A stretch of DNA of 55,509 nucleotides, counting the filler, from Sphacelaria rigidula (Eukaryota): the NCBI GenBank assembly GCA_964200075.2. It is 4 parts of 4 records of this genome, joined end to end, with 100 filler letters (N's around TTAATTAATTAA, not from the genome) between each part and the next. Parts side by side here need not be neighbours in the genome. Positions count along the whole stretch, not along the records: positions 1 to 13,804 come from CAXNAA020002656.1; positions 13,905 to 27,707 come from CAXNAA020002657.1; 2 more parts are not named here. One strand, given 5' to 3'. Numbering within the stretch: position 1 is the first letter of the stretch; every line of letters begins with the position of its first letter. Made by a program: the position numbers and the translations under genes. The notes under the pieces are model-generated. The model searched no databases. It saw only the letters and a program-made list of their open reading frames with translations, and was not told where the DNA came from. Of the stretch, positions 11,693 through 24,900 are shown piece by piece.

Positions 11693-13346
11693 TATAAAAG
11701 TGCAAATGAGAACCAGTGCAATCCCTAGTAGGTGTACGATTGTCCAGCTGCCAATGCCAGGCCTTCCTGAACGGCAATCAACTCAGATTTCGAAGAGCTA
11801 CGATGCACTGCGTTCGCTGCTGCAGTGACGCAGACTATCGCATCCTTCAGCGACCGATGCACGAATAGGGTATATTACGGACTCGTGTACCAACTCACGC
11901 GGAGACTGCTCTGGTGCTGCCGTTGCGAATACAAGGAGATCTCGTCATCTTCGCTGGCACAAACTGGGGACACACTGCTAGTCATGAGCCCCAGAAACAG
12001 CAGTGTAGTGTGGTAGCGCTTGTTGGGTGCAATGTTCGAGAGTGCGCTGTGTGGGTAGCTTGGTGCAGATAATGTAAACATCGTCACATCGCGGTTTGAA
12101 TATGCTCAGAAGGTTCCAACACAATTGCTCGAAACATATATCCTTTTTCGCAAGCACCTCCCTGGCTTAGTAGTTAAAAAACCAGGTTCGGGATCAGGCT
12201 CCCATCACTGTCCAGACCAAGAGAGGTTGTAACTCCAGTGCCACAGGCTGACTTTACAAAATACCTTCAGCGTGAGCTTCCTACATTCGGCGAAAAAGCG
12301 CCAACCGCTGGACGATCCAACCCTCCACTAGTTTCCTGAGCCCCTGAATGTTTCCGTGACCGCCGGGTATGCCCAGTATTCGCCAAGTGATTCTGACGTC
12401 GATGTACATGATGCGCCTGAACAACAATGACGCTTCCCCTCGCAGTAGAGAATGGGGTTTGTAGTAATCTCGATGATCAGAAGGCAAGGTGTCCTGCACT
12501 TTCTCCATGTTCGATACATCAATTCGCGGAGCCATGCATGAATCCAGGGCATGACTCCTTTGGCCTCGTTTATTTTGCTCTGTCTCGTTCGTTTGTGTTC
12601 CCTCTCCTTGTACTGTCTTCTCGCCTGAAGCTACGCGGCAGAGGGCGGTCGTCGCTCAGTTTTTCATCGGGACTAGTACCAGACATGGTCTATCTAGCCT
12701 TCTTCTCTTTTCTTCTCTTCTCTCTTTTGCCTTGTTGATCGCTTTTAGCTTACTTTGTTCCATTTCGCTTCATCTTTCCCCCATCTCGAACTTTTTGTAG
12801 CCATGCACAATCCGTACGCAAAGCCAGAAGCTGTAACGCCTCGCGTGCTTTGTTCCTGTGCCAGGAAGCATGACTGTCATCGCAGGGGAGGCATGATACT
12901 GCGGGGCAAGCGTACTTGTCTGTCATAAAGGTTTGCAAAGTCCCCTAACCGAAAGGTCCGTATGAACAACATGTCGACCCGAGCACGAGAGCTTGCAATG
13001 TGAACTGCCAACTCTCCAAACCATGAATTTCCTCTTGCGGCATTAGGATTTCCACATGCGTGGAGCTTGCGGCCAAGGCGCCATGTCCATATCTTGACAC
13101 GAGGTACAGTTACAGAGGCACCGGTTCGCTGCGAACTGAGCGGCACTGTTTTACATCGTTGAAATGAAGAGACACAAAATTCCTTCACCGGAGCCTTTCT
13201 TTGTTTCTCGAGGCCACCAGGGGTAAGATATACGCTGGAACAGGTCCACTTGGCGTTAGGGACGGCGTAAGCTGAACGCCGTCGGTAAATCGGGGCTCGG
13301 GGCTGCTGTTTCGATCGGGAAAACGAATCTCAGGCTGTGTGCATTA

Positions 13347-13730
13347 GGGTACGGGTATGTTCTGTATGGTATGATAGTTCTTAGAGAACTCACAGAGGTA
13401 TCGGGTACGGGTATGAATGTCATACAGAAATTACAAAACTGTCGGGTAACGGTATGTAAGTATTACAGAAACTACAGAACTTGTCGGGCACGGTATGGGA
13501 GGCTCACAGGGAACCGTACCACCAACCGGGTTTTTCTTCAAGGGTATATCCGCGACCCGCGTGAGGGTAAACGTTCTGTGCAGAACTCACAGAAACCGTC
13601 GGGTAGGGTATGGAGGTTGCGCAGAGAACCGTACTCGCAAACCGGTTTTTTGTCAAGAGCATACCTGTGCCCCCCGTAACCGTGCGGGAGGCTTACATAG
13701 CTCACGGAACTATCGGGTGAGGGTATACAG
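13347..13730. repeat. Degenerate ~43-bp minisatellite
   Basis: Recurring motif (A)CAGAA(C/A)(T/C)(C/T)ACAGAA...TCGGGTACGGGTATG at ~13390, 13430, 13470, 13580 and 13700. Confidence 0.7.
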
Positions 13731-13804
13731 TAGTCAGCGTCAGAAGTATGTTTCTTGGACCATTTACGGTCAATAACACCCTCCTGATAAACGGGGTCTT
13801 TACC

Positions 13805-13904
13805 NNNNNNNNNNNNNNNNNNNNNNNNNNNNNNNNNNNNNNNNNNNNTTAATTAATTAANNNNNNNNNNNNNNNNNNNNNNNNNNNNNNNNNNNNNNNN
13901 NNNN
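13805..13904. other. Artificial scaffold linker
   Basis: N44-TTAATTAATTAA-N44, giving stops in all six frames. Confidence 0.98.
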
Positions 13905-15314
13905 CCCCCCCCCCCCCCCGGCCCCTATCGTAGGATAAATCTTCAGGCTCGGCGATCGGTACGTCATCCATTGTAGTGCATATCTACAACAAATCACCCT
14001 GCCTGGTGCATTGAGAAACTGTTTCTTCCAACGAGGGAATTTTGTGACACTGCCCTAAGACGTTAGATTCATGGGCAAGCGGGATAGTCTACCCCCAGCA
14101 AACATGTGCCCCCACTTGTTTTCTCTGCGCCCACAAATTCCATCCTCTCCCACTACTCAGCTGTACCAGGCGTCGGACCTTGAGAGCGAGAGTGCCCGTC
14201 AATTCTCGGGGATCTATGGTTTGCAGAACCTCCGTTGTTGACGGCATCTTGCTGCGCACTTCAACAGGTCCCGCTCTAGATGCTCCCGGTGTTCGAACTC
14301 GTGCAGGGGCTTCATCGCGACCTTCTTATTGGTCGCTGTTCCCCCATTAAATTTGACTCCGTGTAACGAGGTTGCTCAACTCTTTGATGAAGTCTTGAAG
14401 TTGTTGATTCCGATTGACGAGTCGTTGATTCAAGCCGCACCATCAGCCGGCTGATGCGCTAGCGTATGCAGTGATAGGTGCCTGCCCCATGCAATGACTT
14501 GTCATTGAAGAAAAAAAAAAATAGTGCTGGGGAACGAACGAAAGTGTGCCCAAGTGGATATCACCACTCCGCCCTTCCTATCTTCGTTTATTAGAAATCT
14601 ATCCAAATCCAAGACGTTTCAACTCTTCAGTCAAAGATTTCGAAATAAAAACATATCAACGAGATTCATCTGGACATCCCGTACCGAAAATATCAAAATA
14701 TAACAAGCTGCAAAACCAAAGCATATATTGCAGTATCCAGATACGTGTCGTACACCACGTCGGTGATGCTGACGTGGCACTCGTAGCCGACCGAAGTATC
14801 TGCAAACCAGTCAAGACAGTCTCGAACGCCGAAATTCAGACCACAGGACAATCTATACCACCGAATTACTCTCGCTCCTTTTTTTGAGCCCCTACCGACG
14901 ATCACAACAAATCACTCCACGAGATAACTTTTATCTTCAATTCCAGCACAACGAACTAGCTAAGTCACTCTCAAACGTCATGATTCAGACCGCATCATAT
15001 CAATCCTCCTGGAGGCTCGTCCTGTTCCCCATTCCTGTCTTCACTATTAATACCTAGAAAAGCGCCTTGTGTGCATCTGCAATCACTCGAGGGTAGTGAC
15101 CCTCTACAGCCACTGAAGCCCTACATTTTTTTCACAGTCGGGGGTGTTACAGCACAAAGGCTGTGTTCACTGCCGAACTGACGGGTTGAATGGTTTTGCG
15201 GGGGGTATCCCGGTCGCTTTTCTTCTCGTCATTTTTGTAACATTTATGGGAAAATGATGTGTGCCTGCTCTGATCCAAGACCCGCATCCTTTGCCCGTCA
15301 TGTATCCTCGTTCA

Positions 15315-15892
15315 TCCGCGTGTACTCTGGGTATCAGGCAACGGACTGTGTACATCACAAGAGAAGGAAATAAAGCAGGTCAAGATAACGGAGAGCCTCG
15401 CCCCCCCCCAAATGTGCACTAAACTAAACTAAAATCTAACTGTCTAGCACAGGCCACCGGGGTTCGTGGTTACTCTGAGTATCAGGCAACCGACTGCATG
15501 CATCGCAAGCGGAGAAAATGACAGCAAATCTAAATACCGGGGAGTCTCGCTGCTCTAGAAATGTGCACTAAACTCAAATCTCAATGCCTAGCACAGGGCA
15601 TCGGAGTCCGCGTGTACTCTGGGTATCAGGCAACGAACTGCATACATAGGAAGAGAAGGAAACAACAGCAGATCAAAACACCGGGGGATCTCGCTCCTCC
15701 GAAAGGGTGCACTAGACTAAAATCCCATTGCCTACCACAGGACACCGGAGTCCGCGTGTACTCTGGGTATCGGGCAACGGACTGCGTACATAGCAGAGGA
15801 AGGAAATGAAAACATATCAAAATACCGGGGAGTTTCGCTCCTCTAGAAATGTGCACCAAACTCAAGTCTCATAGCCTAGCACAGGGCACCGG
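15315..15892. repeat. 144-bp tandem repeat, 4 copies
   Basis: TCCGCGTGTACTCTGGGTATC(A/G)GGCAAC-type unit starts at 15315, 15463, 15607 and 15751. Confidence 0.92.
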
Positions 15893-16441
15893 ACAGAAAC
15901 TACCTACTACTGTGCCCGTCTCCTACTTCTGTCACTAAAACGTTGTGCACATATCCTAGTTAGTTCACTAAACCCTAAAATACAGTCTGCCTAGCACAAT
16001 CACGCAGCCATGCCAACAAAACAAGACCGAACATTTTCAAAATGTTTCCCACGTCCCACGCCAATAACCCTGCCCCGGCGGCGGTGTCACATGCAGGCCC
16101 GTTCACTTGCCATTCGGGATAGCCTGCCTGACTCGGCTACAAACGTGGCGGCTGTCCCCAACGCCCCCGCACTCGTCATGGGTCCTGGCCCTGACTTAGT
16201 CTGCCCAACTCGCGAAGAGTTCTCCAGAATACGACGCACACCGGATCAAGATCCCTTCCGAAACAAGTTGAAAGCAAAAACGTAGCTATATTTTCTGAGC
16301 CGCGCTATCGGAGACGCCCTTGAACGGTCAGGAGGGCCCCCCGAACATCACCAGTACAAGAACCAGCCAAACCGCGCCCGTCGCTGCGAAAAAACCTCAA
16401 GAAGAAGAACTAATGCTTTCTGACGAAGGCAATAGTCAACA

Positions 16442-16763
16442 TCAGATGCCGCGAGCGTGAATGGCAGACGACGAGCGGCCACCGACCGGCGCCGGCGGGA
16501 TTACGCCGTTGCGGTAGCGCAAATCCCCCACGCCTCCCGTCACGCATATTCCTTGACCAAACACCTCCCGTCCCTCTCCTCCGTTCACTCCAGCGATCTC
16601 CGCCTGCGCTGGCGACGGCCCCTGAAGGGAGTGCACCTGGCCCGAGCTGATGCGACTGTCGGCGCTGACCATCGAGAGCGCGGCGAACTCATCCTCGTAG
16701 AAGAATTTTTCCTGTCCGAACGCTGGTCGGAGATCGTCCAGCCACATCGCTTCGTCGTCGAAC
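16442..16763 (-). CDS. kamA: KamA-like exon 9 (terminal)
   Basis: CAG|G FDDEAMWLDDLRPAFGQEKFFYEDEF followed by an ~80-aa Gly/Ser-rich tail and TGA. Confidence 0.88.
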
Positions 16764-19700
16764 CTGAAACGCGCACGCAAGCAACGAAACCAGCAGCGTT
16801 TGCACACCGAGTATGTATGGCCTTGGTCCTTCCTTCCTGGATCGCCCTTCGTTTTCCCCGAGGTCGTATCCTCTTTTACTCAGTACGAGCAAACGGCATA
16901 TTTTTACATTTCGGCTCTCGTGAAAAAAAACAAGAATTTGCGCTCCGTCTCCATGAAGACAAGGTGCACAAATGATACGTGGGGGTGCTCTTGCCTCTCT
17001 CGCCCTAGCTCTTGCCCTTCCACATACGAGAGTAAACTAAAATTACTCACTTGGCGAAGAAGACCTCCTTGCACCACTCCGGGTTGCGCGCCTGAAGGAA
17101 GCGCAGCACAAAGACCTTCTCGCCGGCGACGTGAGTGATCCCGACCACCTGCACCTTCCCCGGCGCGGCCGACATGGACGGGCCTCGCACCGTTCGAACG
17201 GTGCCGGAGGTAGCCATGCTCGCCTGAATGTAGATCTCGTACGCCTTGGCAAGCGGCACCTGGAGAATTGATTCGAAGAGGTAGCATTGCGGGAAGCAAG
17301 GGAACCAATCCTTCGTTGCTTACGAGATTACGGGTTATGCCGATATCGTGTGCATGTGCGGTCGACGCGGTGCAGGACAGCAAATATCAGCGCCACCCGT
17401 GGGTGCAACAGAATCGTAGAGCGAGAGAGCAGGTGAAGGACGAGAAAACACAAAAAAAAAAGTACTCGTACGGAGAACGGAACACCGCACAAACCATCAG
17501 TAGAGCAGACAAACAGGAGACTACCGCCCCGCCCCCGCCACTGATGCACGGCGTATGATGTGCATGTGTACCAGGAGCAAGCACACAATATCGCTTCACA
17601 TCAATGAGAGACGCACCTCGAAGTAACGCCGGGCGCCCGTGTCCCTCTCGACGAACATGTAGTACGGGATGGCTCCCAGTCGGGTCTGCATTCTCCACAT
17701 GTGCGCCCAGGTAGCCGGGTCGGCGTTGACGTGGTTGATGAGCGGAGCCTGGGTGCGGACGTTAGCACCGGTGGACCGGATACGTCGAATGGCCTCCTGT
17801 AAGTCGACAGCAAAACGATTTGAAGCAGACAGACAGACAGTCAGTCGTGGCGCCAACACACCACATAAATATCACCCGATAGTTCCGGAAGTATCGAAAA
17901 AATGTGTGCATCTCGACATGAAGCGAGACATTGATCAAGATAACCACTCATTTTTGGCATCGAAAAACACGGGAGTACCGCTGGTCTTGATCAATCGACC
18001 AAAGCGCCCCGACACCGTAAGCGTCAGAGCAACAATAATCTACGGTACCAATCTCCCCCTTAAGTTCTGCGCTTGGGCCAGTAGACATCGTCTTTGGCTT
18101 TCTCGTCAATTTTCGTTCAGCACAGCAACAGCTTTTGAAGGCAGCTCCTATCATCATTCGACGCCACCACCACCTCTCACCTGAGGAACGGGCCCCGATA
18201 GCTCGTTCGGGTGCGAAAAGTGCGCCATGATCGAAATATGCCTCCCACTTTCCACAATGCGCTGGAACAGCCGGAGGGTCTCGTCAGCGTCTGGGTCGGT
18301 GACGAAACGGTATGGCCAGTAGGCTACCGCCTTGGTCCCGAACCGGATGGTGGCGATGTGGTCGAGTGTGGGGTCGTTGAGGATGGGGTCGACGTACGCG
18401 GAGAGTAGTTGGGAGGTCATCACCATTGGGTCACCCCCGGTGAAGAGCAGATCGCTAACGTCCCTGAAGTGTTAGTTTTTATGGCAGCGGAATGTTTCAA
18501 GGAAGTTGTTTGGGGTGGCGTCGTCGTCGCCGTTGCGTTGCTGTCCTCGGTGCTTTGTTTTGTTTCTTCCGTGTGACTGCCGCCACAAAGTATGTGAGTA
18601 TTGCAGTTTGCCGTGAATACAATAACAACACGAACACAACGATGAGGTTGATGCTATGCTATGCTTCTCCATCACTACATAAATCTCCAGCTGGGCAAAG
18701 GCAGTGGTTTGAGATACATTGCCACCATCTTCGTCACGGTTTTTGCCTGGAATAAATCATCAAGCATGCCCACTCGGCCCTCTCATCAGCTCTCGCCCAT
18801 CTCCACTCATATCATAGGCTGGAGGCGACAGTGGAGGTGGGCGATCCCGCAACCATCGCTCATGGGTGTTAAACCGGTATCGCAGCAACTAGTCCGCGAC
18901 GAACCCTGCGGTGGCCACAAGGGTTGAAACGGGAAAAAAATGACTACAACCTACCTGTTTGCTCGCAAGTAGTCTCTGAGTTGCTTGGAGTCCTTGGAGG
19001 CGAACTGCTGCGAGCTACCGACCGCGGTGAACTGCGCCCACCGGAAGCAGTAGGTGCAGAAGCTGTGGCAGTACTGAGCCTCTGTGGGGAAGAACAGAAC
19101 AGTCTCACGGTACTTGTGCTGCATTCCCTTGACCTGATCATGTTTGCACATTAGGGTACACGAGGGCGGGTGCGACGCGTAGGGTACCATGCCCGATCGT
19201 AGTGGCGCGTGTCTGAATGCATCCGAGGAGGTACTGTTGCGTTCTCCTTGCTCATGCTCTTGCCTCGGACAGGCCCGGTACCGTGCACAGATTCGTTCTG
19301 CAAACAAAAGCACTACATCGCAAAGTGCGGCACGATCCAAACGTACGCCATCGACCGACACCTGAAGACACAGGACAACTACAACGAACTACAGAGCGAA
19401 AGTCCCACGCCGGTGTCGGGACGGGAATAAATGAAAAAAAAAAGTCCACAAACCTCTTCTCCCGCGTGCGAAGGAACGTTCAGAGTTTTCTGCCCGGCCG
19501 GGTGAGGATTGAGGCCTGCTCGGATAGCCTCCATCTCGGCGCGCAATTGCGGTCCAGTGACCCCATCATCGAGAATCGACAACTGCTCGAATACCACGGG
19601 ACAGAGTACGAGCAGAGTGTTCAATCAGGATACAGGGGGGGAGGGAAGGTCTCTGGCCGACGTGTACACTGGTGTCGCACACGGATGACATTCGTGACTT

Positions 19701-21898
19701 TACATCTCTGCAGAATCAGATCGCAGCCCTCAGCGCAGCATGGTTTCAGGTTAAAAAAAAAAGACAGCTCCTGACCTATACCATCACGCGGCAAATAGAG
19801 TACAGCCAAACCTTTCGGCGTGTCTTCCCGTGGATACTCACGCTTCACAACACACCACATTACCGTACTTCTTTTCTCAATCCCCGTTCGCTCTGTAAAC
19901 ATGACACGGGGCACTCACAGATCGTTGCAGGTCCGCCGGTGACAGCATGCCTGGCTGTGGGAATACCAGCTGGAACATAGGGTCGTCGGGCACCTTTTGC
20001 CAGTCGATCAGATCCTCCACCTGATGTCGCAACCCCGAAATTATTCAATTGGTTCCCAAGTCAGAGCCAATATGATACAACGGACGGACAGGACGTACCA
20101 CGATTTATATCGCATGTGCCATACACCACGAAAACAGAGCCTGAGCCTGCCGTGGGTGCCACACTGGCATACACCTACTGCGCTGCCCTGTAGTATACGG
20201 ATACGTTGACCCCTGATTGGCAGGTGTGGAAGTGCCAGGTGAGTGAGGGTTGTACAGTTGAAGGCAAACAGGGGCATGCATTATAGCGACGGGGCGAATC
20301 GTCTACAGCAGGGTGCTGAGCTTATCGGCATGCGATCTACGGTTGGTTATTCGTAGGTCTATCATGCTCGGGTACGCTCATCATGTGGATGATGACCACG
20401 ACTGGACCCCTGGGGGATCAGCTGATGCGAGAAAATCGATCTATCGCATCAAAGTCAAATCAAAGCATTATGGAAAAAATGTCAGCTCGAGCGAATCAAC
20501 ACGCTAAAATACGTTTTTGGGTTTATTGGGCTAAATGTCATCCAAGGGTCGAAGAAAACGCGCGGCGTTTATCCTCGAGTTGTTGCAATTCATAACCCCT
20601 CCTCGTACAGTAGCGCGAGTGGGTGGATTTTGAACATCTTGGGTACGTGAGGCACTGATTTATCATCAGCTTTTTTAAGTTCCCGTCTTCTAATAATTTC
20701 ATCTGGTATCCCGTCACATCCGGTTTCGGTCCTTTCCGCTAAGCGTCGAAATTTCAACGGACGTTTCAATACACCCCAAGGTTCTACACCTTACTCTTTC
20801 CAAGGGAGGAACAAGTTACCCGTGCACAGCGCTCTATCTTGCCTTGCTATCGACTTCGAGTTTTCCTGCCAGTCATATCTCGGGTGAAAATACCGTGAAC
20901 GCTGGAATGGGCCGCAAACGTACTTGAGCGTCGCTGCGTTTCATGAGGCTGCATATCATGCCGTTATGCCTATCACTCTGTGGGGGTGAACGCACGCGGT
21001 ACTCGACAACGCGTTTCACTCTGCTATCGGTTCACGGACCGGAGGGCGATCGAGGGAGCGAGCGAGCGAATCTAGCGATTGAAGGTCTTGCAAGGAATTT
21101 CGATACAGTTTGCTGAATCAGTAATCGACATTGTCGCCGCAAAGCAGTACAGCAACGGTGACTACAGGGGGGGGGCGGGAAATGATCACGGGTGTTGGTA
21201 ATACAGATATGCAGCATAGCGCAGTTCACATCAGCTCATTGCAGGGGGGGGGGGAGGGGAAAGGTTAGAGTGGTCTAGAAGCATGGAATAACAATCCTGC
21301 CGAACTCACGTGTACCTAGTGGCCTTCGCAGGCTGATGGGGAGGCGTTTGCAAGCGCAAGCAGCAACGGGCTGGTGCGGTTGTGCGCAGCAGTACCCGCA
21401 ACTCATAACAGAGGGTGAGGAAGTAGCGCTCTGCCGCAAACGAGGAATATCTATTGAGCGGCAGCTCCAAAATTCTCGGTCTCGGTCACCCATCCAGGTG
21501 CCGGCCGGCCATCTCCATTCGCGTCCATGTACCGGTTGGTTGGCTCTCAGCCCCAAGCAGGGAGCTGGGGTAGCGTGCGCAGGCGCAGCCGGAGGGAAAA
21601 CGAAACGAGGGGGTTCTGAACCCGAAGCCTCGGCTTCTTCGATAGGCGTCTAGATTTCATGGACCTGCTGCATATTTTGGTAGTGTGCATTGGTCACGGG
21701 GATGAACGTGGTGGCATAAGTGTAGGGGCCGGGTGAGTTGGCGTGCTCTTCCTCGGAGGAAGATTTTTTTTCCCTGCTGCGTTGGGGATGCTTTGCCCTC
21801 ATGTTTTCTTTTCACGGCGTTTCTTGTCGTGTGATAGTTGCTGATAGGTTATCCGTTGTTTTGATGCTTTTGCTACTTTCGCATTGCCCTCCGTTTTC

Positions 21899-21960
<62 letters not shown>

Positions 21961-24900
21961 TGTGTGTGTCTTTGACCATCTAGACATCATACTCGTATTT
22001 ATTGGGGGTCAATGGTTCATGGCTCCAGACGAACGTCGATGAAGAAGAGTCAACAGTGGTAACTATTCGTGCTCGTAGTAGCTCTAGCTCTCCTGTCGGA
22101 AAAAAAAACAGTTGAACTTTTTATCACGCTCTAGCCTTGCGCACAAGGAAGTAGGCGCTACGCAGTCGAAACCCACCTAGCCTACCAAACGGCCTACATC
22201 TTAGTCGTGCGGTGTGCAATTGACGCGGCCGTTCGACGAATACCCAGGCGACACCGGCGAGCAACCGGCAGCCAGGCGGCCGGGCGATACGCTAGGGGAA
22301 CAAAAGTAATGATGACGTAAGCTTGAAAGGCTTCAAACGTGAAAAGATAGCTGGCTCCCCGAAGGCTTTAGGGAGGTGCTGATGGGTGTCGGGCGGATTT
22401 CGTGCGCACAGGAGGGGGCACACACAGTACAGATGAACTGTGGGAACAAATCAACAAAGCATTTCCACAGGCGCAACCGTGGCTGTCTACCCGAGGGCAA
22501 CTATGCATACGCATTTTTCGACAAGTTATGATGAAAAAAGTGTACAGTAGATATGGAGTATTGGTAGACTCTGGATTACAGGGGTTTTCAGCATTGGGAG
22601 TACAGCAACAGCGACGACTCGAGGTTTTCGACCTTGAGCCCTTGCGTCGGACTTGTAGCTTTTATTTTGATAATATTTGAGTTAATTGCGTTCATTCATG
22701 AAATTAGGCTGGAGTCTCTGAAAAAATGATGGGGGACTCTGTGTCTTGTAAGGAATAGCAGGGACGGTATTGGAAAAGACGAGCCTACGTCTGTGACCAC
22801 GGGTTCCAGAGATCGGACTACTGTGCGGAAATAATAATAATAATAAAATGTAGCTGAACTATGGGTACAGTGAGGGTAGGGGGTTGACATCCAAGTACTT
22901 GTTGGTTCGGTGTTGACATTACACTACATGCGAGCTTCATGTTGACGTTGGATTACTTGTGAATTTGTGAAAGTGGTGCCGACATTAAACTCCTTGTGAC
23001 GTTCAACGACTCGAGTTCGGGCTGGGCTCTCCACCAGATGAAAAAAAAACAAGAAGCGGGTAGTGGGCAGAGTTTCAAGGTGTCCCTGCGCAGGGCTTGC
23101 CGACTAACTTCGTCCAGGGTTTCACCACCCTGTCCTGTCAAATGTGCATATTTACCCACCATGTACAGGTATCGCACAGGTTGTCAAAAGGGTCATCGGC
23201 GTGCCCCAGTCAGGGTCGGCCCGAGGCAGCTATCTGTCCGCGTACCTTCATTTTGCGATGAGATCAGGGGACCAATAGAACCGGCCAACTCCATTATGGG
23301 CTTACCGTACCGCACATTTCGTACCGTAGTGCTGTATGGGCTGCACAAATGGCGCTCACCGAAAGTCATCTACACGGTCTGATTGAGCAAGCACGAGAGC
23401 AAAGGGTGAGTGTGTATAATGACTGCCTCGATGTGCTATTCGTATTTTTCGACAGTTGGGAGGGTGCCATCGTGTCGGCCGGGTCGGCTGTGAAGTCGTA
23501 CGGCTAGCTCTGCTCATTGTGCCAAGTGAGGACACAGCATAATGTCAAAAAGGAACCAACGTGAAGGACATCACGCAAAAGTGTCGTTCATCTCGGTTCT
23601 TTTGGTGATGAACCAGCGGACGAAAACAAATGGACGCCCACACCAAACTTAGTACAGTGTTTCATATGTTCCGATCGAAGCTGCCGTTGTTTAAAAGTAA
23701 TGCGTGAACTCTGCAATCGCTTCGAGTTTTTTACAGGGAGGTGCTCGGTGCTTCATGTCCGCCTAAACTTCAGCGGGGACCGTGAAAAGGGTTCAATTTT
23801 CGTTCCACCAGAGGGTGTTTGGATCCGAGGTCAAGATACTCTGTGAAGCGTGCTTAATATTTTCCCAGTACCCCCAGAAACCGGTTCAAGTAAATTTCAC
23901 GTCATCAAGCGCGAGAAGGTTTTGACACTGGTGCAGTTGCACAGCGTGCTGTCTGCAGTGAGTTATTTGTTGTTCAAGTTCCCGTGTTGATGTCCGTCCA
24001 ATGGTTACACCGACTTGACATATTACCCAAACGCGTGTTCGAGACCGGAGAATTGGCATGTTATTTGCTTCATCTTCTCGCCATATTACTGTTAAGTTTT
24101 CAGGATATCAGGTCCGCACTGCTCTCAGGCATGCCTTCAGTTGTATTTACTACTGCGATTGGACACAAAAGAACATAAAACCACGGCAAATAAAAGAAGT
24201 ATCAAGTATCGCTCTCATCAAGCGCGCGTGCTTCCCCCGCACCGGGACCAAACAAGCTCTTCGAGGTTTCCGCTCCTTACTGTTCGGGACTCTTGTATCG
24301 TCGGGTCGGGAAATTCCGTACAGAATTCTTAACCATATTAGTGGATGGCACCCTGTCCTTTGACGGCGACGAGCTCCTCGACTTCTGGGTGCCCTCATTG
24401 GAACAACTCGTGCTAAGAGGATGGCGATTGTTCACCAGCCTCCCACGGAACACTCTTCCCGATCTCTTTCCATGAAAAACATTGTCTTCTCGAGGTGTCG
24501 TCTGCTCTCCCCTCTCGCGGGGAACGTCTCTTGTAGCAGGAGATTATGATCCAAAGCAGTTACGGTGTGATCACTGAGGTGGTTTTGATGAAAGTGGATT
24601 TTATGGCATCACCTTAACTAACCTTGTGGGATTTCGGTCAGGTTGATTGTCAACCTTTAGACCGCGGTGCGGGTAGTCCATCTGGATCATGTATACTCTT
24701 TTCAGGTGAATATTGATGCCGATTCAGCAGATGACCTACCCTCGCGGTCGGAGGGTTAAACGTTCGGCGTGTCACCGGGAGGGGGGGGACATGAGGACGG
24801 CTACGCCAGGAAAGCACAAAAACCCCGGCAACGCTTTGGCCAAAGCCGGCATATAATTGAAACGACCTTATTCTCTCTATCTGCACGTCGATATCGACAG

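Noticed and set aside
13849-13860. TTAATTAATTAA as a biological motif (also at 27752 and 41654)
   Set aside because: Centred in fixed N runs, so it is an assembly linker.
14230-14480. Kinase-like pseudo-exon (KKVAMKPLHEF...) on the minus strand
   Set aside because: A single short motif among stops, with no other kinase subdomains.
15315-15892. CRISPR array or coding repeat
   Set aside because: Whole units are homologous with no unique spacers, and the frames contain stops.
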